This document shows positions 1-13,369 of a stretch of DNA of 64,000 nucleotides, in pieces. How positions within the stretch are numbered: position 1 is the first letter of the stretch; the number at the start of each line of letters is the position of its first letter. The translations under genes were made by a program, and so were the position numbers. The DNA is from Catajapyx aquilonaris (Eukaryota), in NCBI GenBank assembly GCA_000934665.2, contig KZ538627.1, positions 1 to 64,000 on the forward strand, read 5' to 3'. The notes below the pieces were generated by a model. It saw only the letters and a program-made list of their open reading frames with translations, was not told where the DNA came from and made no database searches.

Positions 1-515
1 TAATATCCTCGTAGAGTGGTTATGTGCGTCAATATAATTGGCGATAACTTTGTAGATATTCCCTCTACAAAATAGTGATAGGGACCAAATATGTGCGTAC
101 TAGTGTGATCTTTCATTTTGTATTCTACATAAATCCACATACATGCAGTCATTTACGAGATAAATCTCAAACCAAAACACCCCTTTTCGCCGCCATTTTC
201 CAAGATGGCGGCGGGTTCCCCCCCACCAATCGCTGTGAACTTTGGATATGTTATGCTCCACATTTTTCTGAACAAATGGTGAAAAGTTCATCTCTATTGC
301 AGTTTATTAGAGGGTTATGGGGCATTTTATCGTATCTTTCCTGCACTAGTGTCACATAGGTACTTTTTGCGTTGTCCCGGACGAAGCAAGCGTCGGACAC
401 CCCGGGACTTTTACACACTGTTTGAGAACATCATGAAGGACAGCTGTACCAAAAATTAGCTTTCTATCTCAAATTTCCACCTTTGGCTCTTTTTCAGTCT
501 AGATTGACTGGGCTA
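1..515. mobile_element. Probable right end of a non-autonomous DNA transposon (terminus ...GACTGGGCTA)
   Basis: Subterminal-type motifs (GTACCAAAAATTAGCTTTCTATC; GCCGCCATTTT..AAGATGGCGGC) and an abrupt switch to minisatellite after 515. The other end is outside the window. Confidence 0.3.
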
Positions 516-685
516 TTAGTAATCGAGTCGTCATTAGAAGCGTCATCAGAAAAAGCGTATGAGTTAGAAGCGAATTAAGTAGAAGCATCTTCAGTAGAAC
601 CGAATGAAATAGAAGCATCTTCAGTAGAAGCGTATTAGTTAGAGGCATCGTCAGTAGTAGCGTATTAGCTGGAAGCGTCTGTATG
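516..685 (-). repeat. 15-bp-period degenerate minisatellite, inverted relative to 1300-2130
   Basis: AGTAGAAGC-type units; TAGAAGCGAATTAAGTAGAA is the exact reverse complement of TTCTACTTAATTCGCTTCTA near 1304. Confidence 0.8.
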
Positions 686-1299
686 CCAAAGTCGGGCTTG
701 CCAACCAAATAGTGGAAGTTCGTTGGTTCGTCTGTACGTCCAGATAAGTGGGGTAAATTAATTATTTAATACACATCTTTTTGGACAAACAAACAGACAG
801 ACGGAAGGACAATAACTTGCGAGTATTTGCTACATTTAATATTCATTCTTGTCGTTATGAACACCCTGTAATACCCAGACCATTCCCTTGAGCCGTACAT
901 GGCCTAGCTCTTGGCGCACAAAAAAAACTGCGCGGTTTATCAGCAGGTCTGACATTTAAATTAAAATTGGAAGGCGATTAATTGGCTGGTCGACGCACCC
1001 TGGAAGGGGGGATGGGCGGGGGAAGGCGGGGGAAGGCACTAATTAGTAGGGTTCTCTCATAAGGCCTGGCCTCAATTTGCACCCGTTTTCTCAAGGCGGT
1101 CATCGTCACCTGATGGTTATAAATAAAGTTCGATTTGGACCTGGGGGGGGGGGGCAATGAACGGATGGGTTTCGGGAACGGAAATGATGGCACATTAAAT
1201 GCATTCACACGACCACGGATGAAACTGGGCCGGTTCTGGACCAGGCGCAGTATTTGGTTAGCATCTCTGATCTCAGCATGGATATGCTGCCACATGAAT

Positions 1300-2130
1300 A
1301 TGATTCTACTTAATTCGCTTCTATCTAATACGTTTTTACTGACTGCTCTTCTGCTAAAAACGCTTCTCCTTAACACGTTTTGACTTAACACGTTCCTACT
1401 GAAAGCGCGTCTACTGAATAGGTTTCAACTGAAGAATCTTCTACTTAGCACGCTTTTACTTAACACGTTCTTACTGAATGTGCTTCTACTGAAGACACCT
1501 CTACTGAACAGTCTTCTACTTAACACGCTTGACTCTTACTAAAAACGCTCTCCTCTGAAGAGGCTTCTACTGAAGAGGTTTCAAGTGAAGAGTCTCCTAC
1601 TTCACACGTTCTTACTAAATAAGTTCTTAATGAATGCCCTTCTGCTGAAGATGCTTCTACCTAAACACCCTTCTGCTGAAGATGCTTCTACTTAACAACC
1701 TTCTGCTGAAGATGCTTCTACTTAACAACCTTCTGCTGAAGATGCTTCTACTTAACAACCTTCTGCTGAAGATGCTTCTACTTAACAACCTTCTGCTGAA
1801 GATGCTTCTACTTAACACCCTACTGCTGAAGATGCTTCTACTTAACACCCTTCTGCTGAAGATGCTTCTACTTAACAACCTTCTGCTGAAGATGCTTCTA
1901 CTTAACACCCTACTGCTGAAGATGCTTCTACTTAACACCCTTCTGCTGAAGATGCTTCTACTTAACAACCTTCTGCTGAAGATGCTTCTACTTAACACCC
2001 TACTGCTGAAGATGCTTCTACTTACCACCCTTCAACTGATTGCGCTCCTAATAATAATTTTTGCTTCTACTTAACATGCTTCTATCCAATACGCCTCTAG
2101 TTAATGCGCTTCCCAATAATACGTTTCCAG
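1300..2130 (+). repeat. 15-bp degenerate minisatellite with a homogeneous 30-bp core (about 1637-2035, about 13 copies)
   Basis: Unit CCTTCTGCTGAAGATGCTTCTACTTAACA(A/C). Confidence 0.95.
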
Positions 2131-3699
2131 CACAATTTTTCTTGTAGAGGACGCCCATAGGTTATCCACTCCTGAGTGCGACAGTCCCCTCCGGTCCCCT
2201 CCGACTGGGGACAGTCCAATCTCCCCCTCCTAAAATCTCTGACCACCAGAGGGCGTCATTTTTAGTAGCGACCCCGGCCGTGTCCGACATTATCGCCGGG
2301 TGGAGATAAAATTTTAATTGTTGTCAGTGCATTAGAGACCAGGACGAATGTTGGGTTGGCGGAAGGGGGTTAGAATCACCCCGGAAGTAGCAATTTGAGC
2401 ATCCCTCTTTTCATTGCTTCTGGGTTGGGTTGGAAGTACCCCCTCCTCCGCACACACATGCAATAACTGCATGTATCCACCCCCATACTTCGGACCAGTT
2501 TTACGAGGCGAGTCGCATACAAATTAGTGTCTTTTGATGCCGATCCGGGAGCGATAATGCGCTGCGAGAAGGAAATGAGGCGCCATTTTTAGTCCACTGA
2601 AGTAGCTTAATCTCTTTTGTATAAACTAATCGTAGTGCCATATTCCTAACATATACTGCCACTCTCAGGGTTCGTGTGCCTATCTGATGACTACTGATGA
2701 AGGGAAGTGTTTGGAAGAGAATTTGCAAGCTAAGGTAAAGGCTTTATCAGCAAGAAGGTGTGTTGGAAAGTCGTGCAAATCCCTTGCGACGACTTGGAAA
2801 TCTTAGGTCTTCCCACGGCTCTTATTAGAGACTACGAGGGAGAAACTTTGACCTTGCTCTAATTGCAAAGGATCAAACCTTTGGACTAAAACTGGCGGGG
2901 GGGGCAATGCTTTGTTAGCGCAATTAGGTCATGAGCATGCGCATTTGCGAGACCATAAAAATTTTAAGGATATACCAAGCAAACAGAGTTTAATGAGACA
3001 CATTGTACCTCCAGTTTAATGCACTTACTCAACAGGTATAGTACAGTACGACCATTAACTGTACTGTAATGTGTGGATGATATTTGCCCGGTTTTAAAAA
3101 CCTGCGGATATGACTTCTTGAATTATCTGGAACTTTAGGCTCAATTACAAAATAATACGAATAAAAAATTTCGCATGTTAATTTTTGAGCACGGTTTTTT
3201 TACGAAGCCTGCGGGCGAGGCCAACTAGGTCGCCATCAAAGCACCGGAAAATATTCCCACACTCATGCGTGGTTGTAATTATTATTGGACCCCCTGAGGG
3301 ATCATGCACTAACACATATGCAGTACAGTGATGTGCAGGATTGCCAGACAAGAAATTGTTTATTTTACTGTAAAAGTCAGCTGGGCAATTCATTTGTTTA
3401 AAAATGCTTAGCAAATATTTGGCACTAAACTGCTTATTTTTCCAATATCTGCAAATATTAGGCTGAATGGACCATCCCTTTTTAAAGCATGCAATTGTGG
3501 GTATGGCCTGTGCAAAATTGATTCTATGATTGACTCTCGATGCTAATTGTTCCAAAGGGACATTTCCAATCGGAAATTTGTTGCTATTTGCAGACTAGAT
3601 TCAATTCGGCCTAATATTAGCAACCACTGAAACCCCTGAAAGGGACACAAAAATTTCACACCATTTATTAAAATAAATCCAAACATTTATTCCTACCTA

Positions 3700-3821
3700 C
3701 TCATACTCTTACATTTACTGACTCTTACTCTTACTTTGACTCACTTTTACTCTTGCTTACATTACTCCTCCTCCTCCTCCTCCTCCTCCTCCTCCTCCTC
3801 CTACTACTACTACTACTACTC

Positions 3822-3853
<32 letters not shown>

Positions 3854-4440
3854 TTTTGTTCGTTTGTCTGTTTAAACTGTTCTGAGATTTACAAAAAAAT
3901 TGATATCATAACAAACGTCTGAAATATGGAACATACATTATTTAGAGAAAATCAAAATAATTATTATATTGCTTCATATTATTTTTTGATATCAATTATT
4001 ATTTTAATACATTTTTACTTTACTTTCACTTTTCCTCTTATTCGTCCTCCTACTCTTACTCACTTTACTTTTACTTTCACTTTTCCTCTTATTCTTACTC
4101 CTACTCTTACTCACTTTACTTTTACTTTCACTTTTCCTCTTATTCTTACTCCTACTCTTACTCACTTTACTTTTACTTTCACTTTTCCTCTTATTCTTAC
4201 TCCTACTCTTACTCACTTTACTTTTACTTTCACTTTTCCTCTTATTCTTACTCCTACTCTTACTCACTTTACTTTTACTCCTACTCATACAACTTTACTC
4301 CTACTCTTACTCACTTTTACTCTTACTCTTACTCTTACTCACTTTTACTCTTACTCTTACTTTTACTCACTTTTACTCTTACTCTTACTCTTACTCACTT
4401 TACTCTTGCTTACTTTTACTCGTACTCTTACTCATAAGAA
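3700..4440 (+). repeat. ACTCTT-based block with (CCT)n/(CTA)n microsatellites and a 51-bp VNTR (about 4010-4290)
   Basis: Unit CACTTTACTTTTACTTTCACTTTTCCTCTTATTCTTACTCCTACTCTTACT, about 5 copies. Confidence 0.9.
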
Positions 4441-5444
4441 TAAGAATAAAAATAATTTTTTCTTGCTTGGTTGCTTGCTTACACTGTTATCAGATTGAAA
4501 AAATTTTATAATGTCATAACGAACTCCTGAAATGTGCGATAAATAATATTTAGCGAAAGTTCACATTCTATTGCTTAATTTTCGCAAATTTCCAGACTCT
4601 CTAATGCCCAGCCACCTCACCTAGCAACAATGCTTCATACCTCTCATTTCGCTTGAAAAATCCTTAGTCAACTCCACTCTCTGTTAGTCCTTCGCGAATC
4701 TTTCAGCCCGATGACTTATTCCCATTTAGCACAAGCTCCTTTCTCTCTCTGTCTCTTTTTTTTTAGCGAAAAGAGGTAAAACCGCAACACGGGAAAGCAG
4801 CGGCCCCTATAATTGGCATCCTTTACTTTTCCTTTTCTCTACCCCCCAACGTTTTAATCCCCACGCGGCAATTAGTTTTATCTCTCTGTTCCTGGCAGAA
4901 AAGAAACGTTGAAATATTCATGCGCTTTCCCCTCCCCCGCCTTCCCCCTCTTCCCACCTTCTTCCCCCTCCCTCTTTTTCCGCTTCCTTGCCTGGAGAGA
5001 GGGGGGAGAGATCTGGAGCCAAGTTTTCTGAAGGATCGTGCAGTTTCGCCAACTGCTTTTTCCAGGTTGAAATTACTGACCAGATGGCGCTTCGGTCGTT
5101 AGCGAAATAAGAGGAAGGCTGCAGAGATAGAGATCTGTACTAGTTTTTTTTGCGAAGCGAAAACTATTGTTTTGTAAGATTGCGAGGGGTTGGAAATTGC
5201 AAAATGCAAATGAAGGCTTGACCAGGGTTCAACAAGCGCGTTCTGAGTTTTAAACGGGTTTGGCACCATTCAACTTTACATTTTTATCTTCAACTGATTG
5301 TTAAGTACTAACTGTACGTGTAGTTTATGGTTTTGCTTGAACTCTGGTTATCTCTAACCAGCAGTCGCCCGTCGAGAGGCTGCAATGCTAAACAAGAAGT
5401 GAACTGGTTGATCAGGTTTACCAGTTTGTGTGCTCAGATAGTGA

Positions 5445-6225
5445 TCTTATTGGACACTACTCTTACTCTTATTGGACACTTCCTTTACTTTTACTGGACA
5501 CTTCTCTTACTCTTAATGGACACTTCTTTTACTTTTACTGGACACTTCTCTTACTCTTAATGGACACTTCTTTAACTTTTACTGGACACTTCTCTTGCTC
5601 TTATATTTACTGGACACTACTCTTACTCTTACTGAATTTACTCTTCTGGACACTACTCTTACTCTTACTGAATTTACTCTTCTGGACACTACTCTTACTC
5701 TTACTGAATTTACTCTTCTGGACACTACTCTTACTCTTACTGAATTTACTCTTCTGGACACTACTCTTACTCTTACTGAATTTACTCTTCTAGACACTAC
5801 TCTTACTGAATTGACTCTTCTGGACACTACTCTTACTGAATTGACTCTTCTGGACACTACTCTTACTGAATTTACTCTTCTGGACACTACTCTTACTGAA
5901 TTTACTCTTCTGGACACTACTCTTACTGAATTTACTCTTCTGGACACTACTCTTACTGAATTTACTCTTCTGGACACTACTCTTACTCTTACTGAATTTA
6001 CTCCTCTGGATACTATACTCTTCCTCTTATTAAATAATAAATAAATATTGTCCAGTAAGAGTAAGAGTAGTGTCCAGACTGGACTGTTACTGGACACTAC
6101 TCTTACTCTTACTGACTCTACTCAAAGTAGTGTCCAGTAAGAGTAAGAAAGAGTAGTGTCCAGTAAGAGTAAGTAAGAGTAGTGTCCAGTAAGAGTAAGT
6201 AAGAGTAGTGTCCAGTAAGAGCAAA
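5445..6225. repeat. 30/36-bp minisatellite with internal inversions
   Basis: GGACACTACTCTTACT(CTTACT)GAATTTACTCTTCT to about 6020, then mostly reverse-complement units AGTAAGAGTAGTGTCC. Confidence 0.9.
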
Positions 6226-6959
6226 AGGACCTGTCGCAGGTTATCCTGACTAAGAAAGGCAACCCCCATGGCCCAATGATTCTTATCTTTAGAGTGGAGC
6301 ATATCACTGAAACTTGGCAACGTAGGGGAGTTAGATCAAAATGGTTGCTGTCAAGCCACTCTAATATAGCCATTCAATGGAAGACTGACAGTGCGAGATC
6401 ACTCCGCTTCCACCACCAGCAGTCTGAACCACATGTTAGGCCTGCTTTGCCAATGAACACCATCATGAATCCATACACGATAGAGCAAAAATGCTCGTCT
6501 CGGGTTAGCAATTTTGCATGTTGGAGACTCATTTGTCCCACGCGAATATTCTTGCAACATTTTTACAGCGTAAGAACCTCATGAATTTTCGTACATCTAA
6601 TTTTACTAATCAAACTGTGCATCAGGTATCAATATTTAACGAAGACTTGTAAGCCCGCCAGATAGCACCACCTACCACATCAAAGATACAGTAAGTGGCG
6701 AACACAGCAGGCTTTAGCGTAAAACTAGATGCATACAATATACACTACAGATTACAAGATGTGAAGATGAGCCTAAATTTTCTCGTTTGGTTTGTGGGGC
6801 TACTCAGGATAACCTTGAACAGGTCCTTTATTGTCACTGGACACTACTCTTACTTACTCTTACTCTTCTCTTACTGGTTGAATCTTGAGTTCTCCAAAAG
6901 ACAATACTAAATCGCAATAAGCATTGTCATGGATTTTTGAAAATTTAGTCCATTACCAG

Positions 6960-7350
6960 GGTTGACAACCGGAGAGGCCCGCCCAATTGGCCCACCCACC
7001 CCGCCCAAGTCATATACCTGAAACACTACTCGCACTTGGAATCGATGGACAGACGGGGCATGAATAATTATACAGATGCATGAATTATTGTGTGGAAACC
7101 GGGTGTTACCGTTCTCATCATTCGCCAAAATGTAGGCTCCCGAATATTTTTTTGCAAAAAAATGGCTAGGTTTTTTTTTCATTATCAATTTCGCAACGTG
7201 CGAGAAATTCATCCGGACGAGCTGTGGGGAACGCCATTCGAATGGAAACAATGTCCATTTTACCACATGTGGGAAGCGTGAAATGTGAAAAAATGTGTGA
7301 ATTTTTTTTGCTAATGTTAAAATGGCATATGTGGGTTTTGAAATTAACTT
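6960..7350 (-). mobile_element. Possible decayed mariner-like transposase C-terminal fragment
   Basis: ORF 6907-7353 contains RFPHVVKW..EWRSPQLVRMNFS (cf. FPxRW...WPxRSPDLxPxDF) and ends HRFQVRVV..DLGG. Weak similarity. Confidence 0.3.
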
Positions 7351-7674
7351 CAATGTGAAGTACTTGGCAAGATTCGTTTTTGCAAATGTTGGGTTGGACA
7401 GGAAACCAGCCTTTTTTTTAAAAAAAGCGAAGCTTAAACGTATGATCGAGAACAGGAGTATGCGAGATTAACTGGTGCTTTTTCATACATTACGTCTGAA
7501 GTAAGAGTGGACCGGAAGTGTGGGCGGGGAGCCAACCACTATGAGTGTTAGAAGCTTCCGGTACATACGTTTAAAAAACTTGTTGCTGGGGCAAACAATT
7601 TCTAACTTTGTAGAATGGAGCTATGCATTACCCTTGTCAAATACAGCAGATTTTTTTTTAAACTATACGACTAA

Positions 7675-7800
7675 GGGCCGGTTTCACCGAGCTCGGTATA
7701 TGATAAAACCAGGGTTCTTTCGGAAAATCCCTACATATTTGTATGGATTTTCCTAAAGAAACCTAGTTTTATCATATACCGAGCTCGGTGAAACTGGTCC
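7675..7800. mobile_element. PIF/Harbinger-type MITE; a 126-bp near-perfect palindrome
   Basis: TAA|GGGCCGGTTTCACCGAGCTCGGTATATGATAAAAC...GTTTTATCATATACCGAGCTCGGTGAAACTGGTCC|TAA. The TAA duplication and GG termini are typical of PIF/Harbinger. Confidence 0.85.
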
Positions 7801-7820
7801 TAACACAGTCATCGATCTTT

Positions 7821-8173
7821 AGGGAGGTGGAGTGGTGCTGGGTAACATATGCGCCCATCATGGATGTTAAGGTCCCGGGTTCGAACCCAACCCGGGGTTC
7901 CCGCCTTCATCTCGTGCAGAGTTGGGCCATCTCTGGCTGCGTCTAGGGTGGAAATTTTCACTAGATTAATCCACCCGGGGGAATTCACAAAATGACCAAT
8001 AAATGACACTGCACTTGCACATTGCACATCCCCACCTACCTACCCTTGGAACAACTAAATACATCAATTCGCAATAATTACTATGTATGGTTCCAGAAAC
8101 AAATGGTGGTATTCCACCCCCTAAGAGGGCCTACCGCCCTAGCACGGGGTACAAAAAAACCACAAACACACAC
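7821..8173 (+). mobile_element. tRNA-derived SINE with (CA)n tail
   Basis: A-box-like TGGTGCTGGGT and B box GGTTCGAACCC; flanked by an 18-bp TSD ACACAGTCATYGATCTTT (7803-7820 and 8174-8191, one mismatch). Confidence 0.85.
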
Positions 8174-8209
8174 ACACAGTCATTGATCTTTGCTATTTTT
8201 AAATATCAC

Positions 8210-9110
8210 TGGAGTAGAAAAGCAGCTCTAAATAATCACTATTTTACCCACAAGTGATAGCTATAACTGCTATTGAACAAAAAGTATCATCAGTAATTAC
8301 TGCTATTTTCAAAGCAGTTACAATACATCACTGCGATTTTACGACCCTGCCATGTTTATCACTGCTATTTTACATCCTTGCTATAACAACCGCTACTATT
8401 GTAGATGATATTATTTTAATCACTGCCATTTTACACAGTGTTAAGTTAAAGCTGCTATTGCACGAAAATAGTAATCAGCAATCGCTGCTATTTTACAAAA
8501 CAGCTGCGAAAATTACTGCATTTTACAAAGCACTTACAAGAAATCACCTCTATTTTATGAGACTGCTACGATATTGATTCCTGCTATTTTACGTCCATGT
8601 TATAACACACTGCTAGTTTCTTTCTGCTATAGTAATCACTCCTATTTTATGTCACTGCATTATTTATCACTTCTATTTTATGACACTACTATATTGATCC
8701 ATGCTATTTTATGTCCATGTTATAATAATCACTGCTATGTTCCTGCTGCTAAAGTAATCACTGCTATTTTCTTGCTGCTAAAGTAATCACTGCTATTTTC
8801 TTGCTGCTAAAGTAATCACTGCTATTTTCTTGCTGCTAAAGTAATCACTGCTATTTTGCAACCCTACTAATATTCACAGCTGTCGACAATCGCTAGTTCA
8901 TTAAGTAGTATTAACAGGATATAACAGCGATCACTGGCAAACAAAAAATCGCTATTTGGCAATTGAGTCGTCACAGCTCCTGCAATTCACTGCTATTTTG
9001 ATGAGCTTTGTTGAACTGCATTACGGTACGTTTGAGAACCTCTCTATCTTCCTAATCCCATTCAATGCTATTATTATATAGCAGTAGCAGCAATCGCTTA
9101 TTTCAAATCG
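8210..9110 (+). repeat. ATCACTGCTATTTT degenerate block with a 29-bp core (8743-8857)
   Basis: GCTGCTAAAGTAATCACTGCTATTTTCTT about x4; decayed copies on both sides. Confidence 0.85.
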
Positions 9111-10059
9111 CCATTGTTGTATTCCTTCACCGTATACAGCTCCAACCATTCCCGTTTAGATCTGTCCGATATATCCCGTCAGCAAAACCTGCTTTTGTCA
9201 TTGGACAGGGGGGGCGGAGGAGGGGGGCGAGAACCGCTGAATAATTATCACGTCGCAAATTAGCAGTCGGCCATACTGCCATTCACCTGTCCGAATTAGC
9301 CCCCGCCATTTTTTTCGGACACCTAGTTGCGTAACTGTAATTACAATCCTGCGGGACCAATAAAGATAATCGTTATCACTTAAGCGTTACCATTAACGTT
9401 GCCACATCATAGAATCGTCGCCATTTCCATTTGTTTGTCCGAACTGATAGTAGACCCTGAGAGTGGCGGTAGTGGACAGAACGCCATCTACACGAAGGGT
9501 ATGGTACTACCTGGACAATTTTGCCAAAACTTGGGAAAAACTTGGGGAAACTACTGTTTATTAAAAGTAAAGCAAAGCTGTTTCCTTTTCGCGAAATTAC
9601 GTCACTCGCAGGAAAAGGTTTGCAAAAATATGGCGGGAGTGGCAGGGTGGAGAGTGGGGTGGAGCTTGTGAAAGTTTGATGAAAAGGAAGTAACCCCGGA
9701 GGAAAGTGAGTTAAAAGCAGCTACGATAAAGCAACGGTGCAATTTTCAAATAGGGAAGCGGAGTAACTAACAAAAAAGGGGGGAAAGGAGGGAGGACGCT
9801 AGACTGGGGGAGGGGAGGAGGGGAATCTAATAAAAAATTTGCAAACTTCTGCACTATTCAAGGGACCTGTCCTCTTTTTTTTAAAGGGGGGTGTGCAAGA
9901 GGTCGATTGGAAGTTTTGCAATGCTCTAATCAGTCGGTGCAAAATGGACTCATCTGCAATTGGACACCTTAATATTAATCATACATGCGGTACTATACAG
10001 CATTTGCTGCTGATTTGTAACTGCTACAAATGATAAACATCACATATACGGTGGAGAAA

Positions 10060-11095
10060 ACCTGCTCGTTTGTAGCTGGAACTAACGAGTAGCTGTTAGG
10101 TATTCGATATACCAGCTGCTGGATTTGTAGCTGGTCATAACTAGCTGTAATTCTACATTAAATAATTATAGCATAGATGATAATAAGTAGTAGCCATTGA
10201 CTCTTCGATATAGCAGCTGCTGATTTGTAGCCGTTGCCAACTAGATGTTATTCGACATTCGATATAGCAGAGCTGCTACTTAACTAGCAGGTACTCGATA
10301 TTCTATATAGTATAGCTGCTCGAATAGCTGCTCCTACCTAGTAGCTGTTAATTATTTGATAAAACAGACTCTGCTGGCTTATTTGCTGCTACTAACTAGC
10401 AGTTATTCGATATGCCATAGCTGCTATTAGCTAGTAGCTGTTAATTAGGCGATAAAACAGCTGCTGGGCTTTTTGCTGCTATTCGCTAGCAGTTATTCGC
10501 TATTCAATATGCCATAGCTGCTACTATCTAGTAGCTGTTAATTATGCGATAAAACAGCTGCTGGGCTTTTTGCTGCTACAAGCTAGCAGTTATTCGCTAT
10601 TCAATATGCCATAGCTGCTACTATCTAGTAGCTGATAGGTATTCCATATAACCACTGCTGGCTTTGTAGCTGCTACTGACTAGCAAATATTCTTTTTGCG
10701 ATATATAATATCTGGTGATTTGAAACTGCTACTAATTGTAGATATTCTACATTTGATATAGCATAGATGCTATAAATTTGTAGCCATTAACTATTCGATC
10801 AAACAGCTGCTGGTTTTGTAGCTGCTACTAATTAGCAGCTATTCGATATAGCCTACTAACTGGCTGACATATAGCTATTTGATATAACAGCTGCTGGTTT
10901 TGTAGCTGCTTCTAACTAGCAGTTATTTGATTTGCTATATTTATTTGATATAGCATACATGCTACTAATTGCCACGGGCTATTCGATATGGCATCTGCTG
11001 ATTTGGAGCTGCTACTATCTACAGTAGTATTAGATATGCGAATTCGCATATCTGCTGATTTGGAGCTGCTACTAATTGGCAGCTAATTATAGCAT
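10060..11095 (+). repeat. TAGCTGCT/ATTCGATAT degenerate minisatellite
   Basis: Recurrent GTAGCTGCTACTAA..GCAG(C/T)TATTCGATAT; contains a perfect 22-bp palindrome at 11032-11053. Confidence 0.85.
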
Positions 11096-11879
11096 TTTGA
11101 CTGAATTTTGGAAGAAGCTTTGGGCAAGAAGGTATTTGGAAGGCATTTAGGGCCGTATGTTTTTCCAGTTATTTCGTCGCCTAAACGTTGCTAGATGAAG
11201 TCATACACACGCTTTTAGGCTCCGCCCCAACCCACATATGGAGATAGCGCAATGCGTCATTACGCGCCTTCATGATCTTCACAATGTCCAAAAAACCGTA
11301 GAGCACACGACCCATCCTGTTTGACGTCCAGCAAACCTTAGTGACTTATTCAAATGCAGGCCGAATTCCGCAGAGACAGTGTGTGGGTGTGTGTGTGTGT
11401 GTGGGTGCCGACCGTGTTCAGGAGGCTTTTCCACGCTTCCCTGCCTACCCACCCCCACCCTTCCCACTCTCTAGTTGCTTGCTGCACGGATGTACCGTAT
11501 GAACAAATAGATCCGGCCCGGCCGTCGAAACCAATATTTACCCCTCTCTGCAAGGATCGGTTTCGTGTGGCGGCTCTTAATCCTTTGTGGCGGGGAGAGA
11601 GATTTATCCTGTGGGAGGAGGCAGGGAGGCAGGAGGAGGAGGAGGAGGAGGAGGAGGAGCCAAATGCTGCCTTTTCCCTGGAATGGGGTAATCCTTGCCG
11701 GCCGCGCCACCTGCAATATTACCCATCCGTCTCATTGTTCCGGGTAGCTGTGTGTGTACTCTGTCAGGAGTAATTGACGGTTGGGCGACCGTTTATGCCA
11801 CCGGATTTTGGGGGGTTTTACTTCGTCGGGCGATGGCCCACCGATTTGCTCAACGCGGATGATATTGTCATCGTTTTAT

Positions 11880-12700
11880 CTTCTGGAGTTCCATGTTCGA
11901 CATCTATTCAATATCTTGGCTCGATATCTATATTTGAGGCCATGACTTATCTTGATTCGATATACAGGGCGATGTATATAAGGGCGATGTTAAAAAGCGA
12001 TGTTTTATTCGAAAACTGGAAAAGTTACATAGGTGTCTTTTACCAGGTCTTGAAGCTCTGTCGATGTAAATATGTGAAGCATACATGATGAAAAATCACG
12101 ATATACTGTATACCGGTATAATAATATTGAGATCTGAAATCGATAAAATATATTCAATATTTTGGCTCGATATGTTCATTAGCATCTCTTCAATATCGAG
12201 ATTCAATATCTGGATTGATGTTCGTTTGGTGTCTCGTTTCAATATCTCTTTTGGATACCCGTATTACTTTAAATGGATATCTCAATCCGAGTCGATATCT
12301 ACGTGATATCTGGATATTTTCATTGCGCGTCTTCTCGACATCGTGCCTCTATTATTATTTCATTTCAATATCCATTCGAAATATTTTCGATGTCCTGTTG
12401 GTATCTCGTTTCGATCCCTCATTAGATACATTGGTACCATTCTCGATCAGCTATTTATGATCGACATCTTCAGTCGATATCTCGTTGAGATATCCACATT
12501 GATCGATTTGATCGCTATCTCGTTTAGATATCCACATTAATCGGTTTGATCGCTATCTCGTTTAGATATCCACATTAATCGATTTGATCGATATCTCGTT
12601 TAGATATCCACATTAATCGATTTGATCGATATCTCGTTTAGATATCCACATTGATCGATATATCAATTCAACATCATGGGTATCGGTTTCTAAGCGGAAT
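11880..12700 (+). repeat. CGATAT-rich block with a 38-bp VNTR (about 12476-12662)
   Basis: GATATCCACATTAATCGATTTGATCGATATCTCGTTTA, about 4.5 copies. Confidence 0.85.
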
Positions 12701-13369
12701 AAAACGATTTTCGATGCCTTTCGACACCTCCACTATATGGAAGCAAAAGTGATTCGAGAGTTAGAATCGCAGATAACTGATACCTTCAATTCCGTAGCGT
12801 TCCAAACATCTGGATCGTTCTGCGGTCCGGTGACCAATTTATTCCAGGACAAGTCTCTCTTCCTCCCGGACTAGAGAGCCCACCACCCCCACCCGTCCTA
12901 ATGGAGTAAGGACGGCGCCTAAACTGAGGGGCTTTGCGAGGTATTATGCGGCCTCCCAAAAGCATTAAAAGGAGCCAGATGGACTCGGAGGGGGAGTCCC
13001 AAGCAAGAGGCGATAACAGAAAAGAGGGGGGGGGGGGGCAAAATAGAGTTTCCTGTTGAAGAGAAAAAGGTGCAGGCTCGTTACTCGGGAAGCAGGACAA
13101 TGGAGTGTTTTGTGGTTTCCCATTGCTCCTCTTCGACTGTACTGCCGGTTTTATGTCGGAACCAAGAGGGGGTAATATTGCTAGGGAAGTTGGTAGGCGG
13201 AAGGAGGGGAATGTGTACCATGTGTGGATGGGGATATCAACGTAATCGCAATGAATATCCTTCTTGAAAGTTAACAAAATTAAATGAAAAGTCATAAGAG
13301 CGACGTTAGTCGCTAATTGTAAGGAGCTGCTCTTAGTAATAACGCTGAAGCTATTCCAATTCAATGGTA

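Noticed and set aside
2680..2720. CTGATGA motifs as a hammerhead ribozyme core
   Set aside because: No stem II followed by GAAA and no flanking stems could be built.
1657..6097. Long ORFs at 1657-2074, 3926-4498, 4004-4288 and 5428-6097
   Set aside because: They are translations of 30-, 51- and 30/36-bp tandem repeats, open on both strands, with no protein features.
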